Source: Polyangiaceae bacterium
Lineage (GTDB): Bacteria > Myxococcota_A > Polyangia > Polyangiales > Polyangiaceae
Assembly: GCA_044222475.1 (NCBI GenBank)
Contig: JBGANF010000009.1
Location: forward strand, 1 to 64,000
Direction: 5' to 3'
DNA length: 64,000 nucleotides
The stretch's first letter is position 1. Every line of letters starts with the position of its first letter. Shown one piece after another: positions 59,689-64,000 of this stretch. A program made the position numbers and the translations under genes. A model generated the notes under the pieces. The model searched no databases and was not told the DNA's origin. It saw nothing but the letters and a program-made list of their open reading frames with translations.

Positions 59689-61440
59689 ATGACACTCGAC
59701 CTTCGGATCAAGGGGGGAACACTCGTCGACGGCACCGGCTCGGCTCCGCGTCGCGTCGACGTCGGCGTCAAAGACGGCGTCATCGTCTCCGTCGGAGACG
59801 TGGGGGACGCCACCCGCACGATCGACGCCGACGGCGCGATCGTCGCTCCCGGCTTCGTCGACATCCACTCCCACTACGACGGCCAAGCCTCGTGGGACGG
59901 TGACATGCTCCCGTCGGCCGCCCATGGCGTCACCACCGCGGTCATGGGCAACTGTGGCGTCGGGTTCGCTCCGTGTCGCAAGAGCGATCACGAGCGATTG
60001 ATCCGCCTCTTCGAGGGCGTCGAGGACATCCCCGGCACCGCGCTCACCGAAGGCCTGTCGTGGAAGTGGGAGAGCTTCGGCGAGTACCTCGACGCGGTCG
60101 ACGCGATCCCGCGCACGATGGACGTCGCCGCGTACCTCACCCACGACGCGGTGCGCGTCTTCGTGATGGGCGCGCGCGCCACCGAAACCCAAGCGGCCAC
60201 CCCCGACGACCTTCGCGCCATGGCCGACATCGTGAAGCGCGCCATGGCCGACGGCGCGGTCGGCGTCTCGACCGGCCGCACCGACAACCACCGCGCGATC
60301 GACGGCTCCCACACGCCCGCGTCCGAGGCGAGCGACGCCGAGCTCGCGACGCTCGCGCGCGCCATGGGCGAAACCGGCCGCGGCGCGCTCCAAGCGGTGA
60401 GCGACTTCGACATGGAGCGCGGGCCCGAGCTCTTCGAGGGCGAGTTCGACGTCCTCGAGCACTTCGCCGAGGCAGCCGGCGGTCGTCCCCTCTCCGTCTC
60501 TCTCATGCAGCGCGATCTGATCCCGACCCAGTGGCGCGACATTCTGCGCCGCGTCGACAAGGCGAACGCGCGTGGCTTGAACATCCGCGTGCAGGTCGCC
60601 CCGCGCGGGATCGGCGTGCTCCTCGGGCTCGAGGCGACGTTCCACCCGTTCATCGGCTTCCCGACGTACAAGAAGATCGCGGGCCTCTCGCTCGAAGAGC
60701 GCGTGAAGGAGCTCCGCAAGCCCGAGGTGAAAGCCGCGATGCTGTCGGAGAAGACCGACAAGATCGCCGGCGACGGCAGCCCCGTCCCGCCGCTCGCCGA
60801 TCGGCTGCTCGCCATGGTCGACATGGTGTCGATGCGCATGTTCCCGCTCGGCAAGGTGCCCGACTACGAGCCCAAGGCCGAGTCGTCGATCGGCGCGCGC
60901 GCGATGATGACCGGCAAGAAGCCGCTCGAGTGCCTCTACGACGCGCTCCTCGAGGACGACGGACATGCCCTCCTCTACTTCCCCGTCTACAACTACGGCG
61001 GGATGAACCTCGACGCGGTGTCGGAGATGCTCCACCACCCGGCCGCGATGCCCGGCCTCGCCGACGGCGGCGCGCACTGCGGCACCATCTGCGACGCGAG
61101 CATGCCGACGTATTTCCTGATGCACTGGGCGCGCGATCGCGCGGCCGGTCGCTTCTCGATCGAGCGCGCCGTGGAGCTCTTGACGCGCACTCCGGCCGAG
61201 TACCTGGGCCTGCGCGACCGCGGCGTCGTCGCCGAGGGCAAGAAGGCCGACCTCGTGATCTTCGATCTCGCCAAGCTCGCCCTCGCGCCGCCGCGCCTCG
61301 TGCGCGATCTCCCGGCCGGAGGAAAGCGCTTCCTCCAGGACGCGACCGGCTACCGCGCCACGATCGTGAGCGGGCGCGTCGTCAGCGAAGGCGGCCGTCT
61401 CACCGGCGAGAAGCCCGGCCGCGTCGCCCGCCTCCGTTGA
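59689..61440 (+). CDS. N-acyl-D-amino-acid deacylase family amidohydrolase
   Basis: PGFVDIHSHYD, GVTTAVMGNCG, ADGGAH, GKKADLVIFD. Confidence 0.92.
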   Translation: MTLDLRIKGGTLVDGTGSAPRRVDVGVKDGVIVSVGDVGDATRTIDADGAIVAPGFVDIHSHYDGQASWDGDMLPSAAHGVTTAVMGNCGVGFAPCRKSDHERLIRLFEGVEDIPGTALTEGLSWKWESFGEYLDAVDAIPRTMDVAAYLTHDAVRVFVMGARATETQAATPDDLRAMADIVKRAMADGAVGVSTGRTDNHRAIDGSHTPASEASDAELATLARAMGETGRGALQAVSDFDMERGPELFEGEFDVLEHFAEAAGGRPLSVSLMQRDLIPTQWRDILRRVDKANARGLNIRVQVAPRGIGVLLGLEATFHPFIGFPTYKKIAGLSLEERVKELRKPEVKAAMLSEKTDKIAGDGSPVPPLADRLLAMVDMVSMRMFPLGKVPDYEPKAESSIGARAMMTGKKPLECLYDALLEDDGHALLYFPVYNYGGMNLDAVSEMLHHPAAMPGLADGGAHCGTICDASMPTYFLMHWARDRAAGRFSIERAVELLTRTPAEYLGLRDRGVVAEGKKADLVIFDLAKLALAPPRLVRDLPAGGKRFLQDATGYRATIVSGRVVSEGGRLTGEKPGRVARLR

Positions 61441-61931
61441 TCGTCTGCCTCGACGTCGACTACCGCAAGGACGCCGTCGTGACGGCGCGTCTCGTCATCC
61501 CAAACTGGGACAGCAAGGCGCCAGCGTCACTCGTCACGATTCGAACGCGCGGGGCGGCACCGGACTACGTCCCGGGTGCGTTCTATCGGCGCGAGATGCC
61601 GTACCTCGTCGCCGCGCTCGAAGGGGTCGCTGCTTCGGTCGTGGTGATCGACGGGTACGTGTGGCTCGGCCCCGGTGCGCCGGGGCTCGGGGCCCACCTC
61701 TGGGACGCGATCGGAAAGCGCGCGGCCGTCGTCGGCGTGGCGAAGACCCCGTTTCGCGGCGCCGCGCCGATCGTGCGCGAGGTGAAGCGAGGGGCGAGCA
61801 ACACGCCGCTCTTCGTCACCGCCGCTGGCATCGAGCCCGAGATCGCCGCCGATCGCGTTCGAGTCATGCACGGCCCCCACCGAATGCCGGCCATGCTTCG
61901 CCGCGTCGATCGAGCCTGCCGCGACGCCTGA
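61437..61931 (+). CDS. Endonuclease V family protein
   Basis: LDVDY, YVPGAFYRRE, VIDGYV, GLGAHL, GVAKT; TTG start overlapping the upstream stop. Confidence 0.85.
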   Translation: MIVCLDVDYRKDAVVTARLVIPNWDSKAPASLVTIRTRGAAPDYVPGAFYRREMPYLVAALEGVAASVVVIDGYVWLGPGAPGLGAHLWDAIGKRAAVVGVAKTPFRGAAPIVREVKRGASNTPLFVTAAGIEPEIAADRVRVMHGPHRMPAMLRRVDRACRDA

Positions 61932-61940
61932 AGCAGCCCT

Positions 61941-63449
61941 TCACCGTGACCGCACCAGGGACAGGCCCAGCGTGCCTTGGTGCAACACCGGACACCGAAA
62001 TGTGACGACGTCCACGACGGCACGGTGGACGCACGCCGCAAAGGCCGCTGCGGCCGCTTGATCGTCGGCCAGCTCTTCACGCACCGACGAAATGCGGCCA
62101 CCCGGCTCCACGGTGAATTTGAGGTCACGAAACCTGTCCGTCGGTCCACCTGCGCTCTGGCACTGGGCGATGCGCGCGCCCAAGGCTGGCCCCTTGAGCA
62201 GCTCCATCACGTGGTCCACCTCCTCCCTCTCACCGCCGTCGCAATCGAACGCGATCTCCACCTCGGCCAATCCCCGCATCCACGTCGTCTGCCGAGGGTG
62301 CGGCACCGAGTTGCCCGCCGTCGTCGTCACCGAGACGCTCGGCACGGGCGGGCCGCTCGCCGTGCCCGTGGCGCTCGCGACGCTCGCCGGCGAAGACGCC
62401 GGCATCGAGGATCGAGGAGACTCCACCGACGAGAGCAGCGAAGCAGCAGGTGCGACCGGATCCTTCTTCGCTAGAGCTCCCAGGACGACGGCGAGCGGGA
62501 GGAGCACGAGCGCGACGAGCAAAGCTGGCCACCAGCGACGTTTTCGAGGGGCGCGCGGTGCGGCCTCGATCCTCGTGGGCGCGGCGGAAGCCGGCGCCGC
62601 CTCCTCGATCTCCGGGCGCGGATCGAGACACTCCCCGAGAGCGACGCCAAGTTCGGCTGCCGTCGCGTAACGGCGGTCCCGGTCTCGCGCCATCGCCCGG
62701 TCGATCACCCGAGCGATGCTCGAGCGCGGGCGGAGCGCCGTCGCCGAGTCACGTTTCCCAAGGGCGATCGCGTGGGCGAGCTCACCCATGGTGCTCTGAG
62801 GAAACGGACGCCGCCCGAAGAGGCAGAAGAACAGCGTCGCGCCCACCGCGTACACGTCGGTCGCGACGTCCGCGGGTCGGCCGTCGAGCTGCTCCGGCGA
62901 GAGCCACGCGAGCGTCCCCACGACCGCACCCTCTCGTGTGAGGTCGTCCTTCACGTCGAGATCGCGCGCGACCCCGAAGTCCAGGAGCTTGATCGCGTCG
63001 CGCCCGAGGGTGGTCTCGGTGAGGAAGACGTTCCCCGGCTTGATGTCGCGATGGACGATCCCCTTCGCATGTGCGGCCGACATCGCGTCGGTCAGCTGAA
63101 GCCCGATCTCGACGACGCGGGCGCTCGTCATGGGCCCGTCGTCGCGGACGGCATCGCTCAACGTGCGACCGACGAGCCTCTCCATCACGAGGAACGGCGG
63201 CGTCGTGTCGTCACCCGCGTAGTGGTCGAAGATCTGAATCACGTTCGGGTGGCTCAACGCGGCGAGGATCCGAATCTCTCGCCGAAAGCGCTCGAGGTAC
63301 TCGGCGTCGCTCACCGAGAGCACTTTGATCGCGACCTGGCGGTCGAGGTCGATCTGCCTCGCGGCGTAGACCACGCCCATCCCGCCTTGCCCGAGGACGC
63401 CCTCGACTCGATAGCGGTCTCGTAGGACCGTGCCTTCCGTGAGGGTCAC
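61941..63449 (-). CDS. Membrane-anchored Hanks-type Ser/Thr protein kinase
   Basis: LGQGGMGVVY, VAIK, HRDIKPGN, DFG, SPEQ, DVYAVG; TM helix; extracellular C-domain. Confidence 0.93.
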   Translation of the reverse strand: MTLTEGTVLRDRYRVEGVLGQGGMGVVYAARQIDLDRQVAIKVLSVSDAEYLERFRREIRILAALSHPNVIQIFDHYAGDDTTPPFLVMERLVGRTLSDAVRDDGPMTSARVVEIGLQLTDAMSAAHAKGIVHRDIKPGNVFLTETTLGRDAIKLLDFGVARDLDVKDDLTREGAVVGTLAWLSPEQLDGRPADVATDVYAVGATLFFCLFGRRPFPQSTMGELAHAIALGKRDSATALRPRSSIARVIDRAMARDRDRRYATAAELGVALGECLDPRPEIEEAAPASAAPTRIEAAPRAPRKRRWWPALLVALVLLPLAVVLGALAKKDPVAPAASLLSSVESPRSSMPASSPASVASATGTASGPPVPSVSVTTTAGNSVPHPRQTTWMRGLAEVEIAFDCDGGEREEVDHVMELLKGPALGARIAQCQSAGGPTDRFRDLKFTVEPGGRISSVREELADDQAAAAAFAACVHRAVVDVVTFRCPVLHQGTLGLSLVRSR

Positions 63450-63562
63450 CGAGAACCTCGCTGACAACGCACCCAGTTGGATTGACCCCGCAAGTTCCCA
63501 CCCAAAAGGCGAAGGAGAGGCACGCACATGCCAAGACGGGATCGTTTCATGCGACTTCAGCG

Positions 63563-64000
63563 TCAGGCCGGCGCCGCGCTCGCGTAGACGCGCGCGTGAT
63601 CGCGGCGGTGGATGCGCACTCGAACACCGTTCTTCGGACGCAGCGTCGCACTGGGCTCGGGGACCTCGTCGGCGACGATCTCGAAGCGGTAGCGACGCAG
63701 GAGCACCGCGAGCGCGAGCTGCGCCTCCATGTACGCGAAGTGGTTGCCGAGGCACACGCGTGGGCCGGCTCCGAACGGCATGTAGGCGTAGCGATGGCGC
63801 TTCGCCTCGTTCTCGGGGAGAAACCGATCGGGATCGAAGCGCTCCGGATCGGGCCAGAGGCGCGGGTTCCGTTGTAGCGCCCACGCCGAGACGAGCGCGT
63901 TGGAGCGCTCCGGGAGGTCGTACCCGGCCACGCTGACCTCACCGCGGCTGTCGCGCCCGAACATGTAGACGGGTGGATACAGGCGGAGCGCTTCCTTGAA
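63563..64000 (-). CDS. Cytochrome P450 (C-terminal part; runs off the window)
   Basis: KEALRLYPP (ExxR), PERFDPDRF, haem motif FGAGPRVCLG. Confidence 0.95.
   Translation of the reverse strand, partial: FKEALRLYPPVYMFGRDSRGEVSVAGYDLPERSNALVSAWALQRNPRLWPDPERFDPDRFLPENEAKRHRYAYMPFGAGPRVCLGNHFAYMEAQLALAVLLRRYRFEIVADEVPEPSATLRPKNGVRVRIHRRDHARVYASAAPA

Noticed and set aside
61437..61931. Endonuclease V as part of the modified-base defence cassette
   Set aside because: It lies 40 kb away, coupled to an amidohydrolase; an ordinary repair-type gene

Overview
High-GC bacterial window, probably from a myxobacterium (inferred from the Ser/Thr kinase, DUF3943 proteins and lipoproteins). (1) Positions 1-23.5 kb form an integrative defence island. 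It begins with the C-terminus of a probable large serine recombinase and an associated HTH gene. An ~20 kb, almost fully translationally coupled gene run follows: an HTH regulator, a BREX system of unusual make-up (brxE-brxA-brxB-brxC-pglX-pglZ-brxL) and, directly attached, a six-gene cassette (TIR-SLOG, TIR, Nmad2-like, MazG/MazG-C, TIR, 5-hmdU-DNA-kinase-helical-domain protein). The far side holds a GNAT gene, palindromic repeats and the remnant of a second, inverted recombinase module. (2) Positions 23.5-48.4 kb carry regulators with visible operators, reductases, EmrAB-type efflux, DUF3943/outer-membrane proteins, an acyl-CoA synthetase, an ABC exporter pair and a RoxA-like dihaem cytochrome c. 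(3) Positions 48.4-54.3 kb are a lasso-peptide cluster: a 59-aa precursor the ORF track does not call at its own start, cyclase, RRE, HPr-kinase-like kinase, PRMT-like methyltransferase and ABC exporter, with no visible leader peptidase. (4) Positions 54.3-64 kb carry a LysR-linked redox-stress group, map, an amidohydrolase, endonuclease V, a Ser/Thr kinase and a partial P450. The best candidates for undescribed systems are the BREX-coupled TIR/nucleotide-modification cassette and the lasso cluster with two tailoring enzymes. All family calls come from motif recognition by eye; no searches were run.
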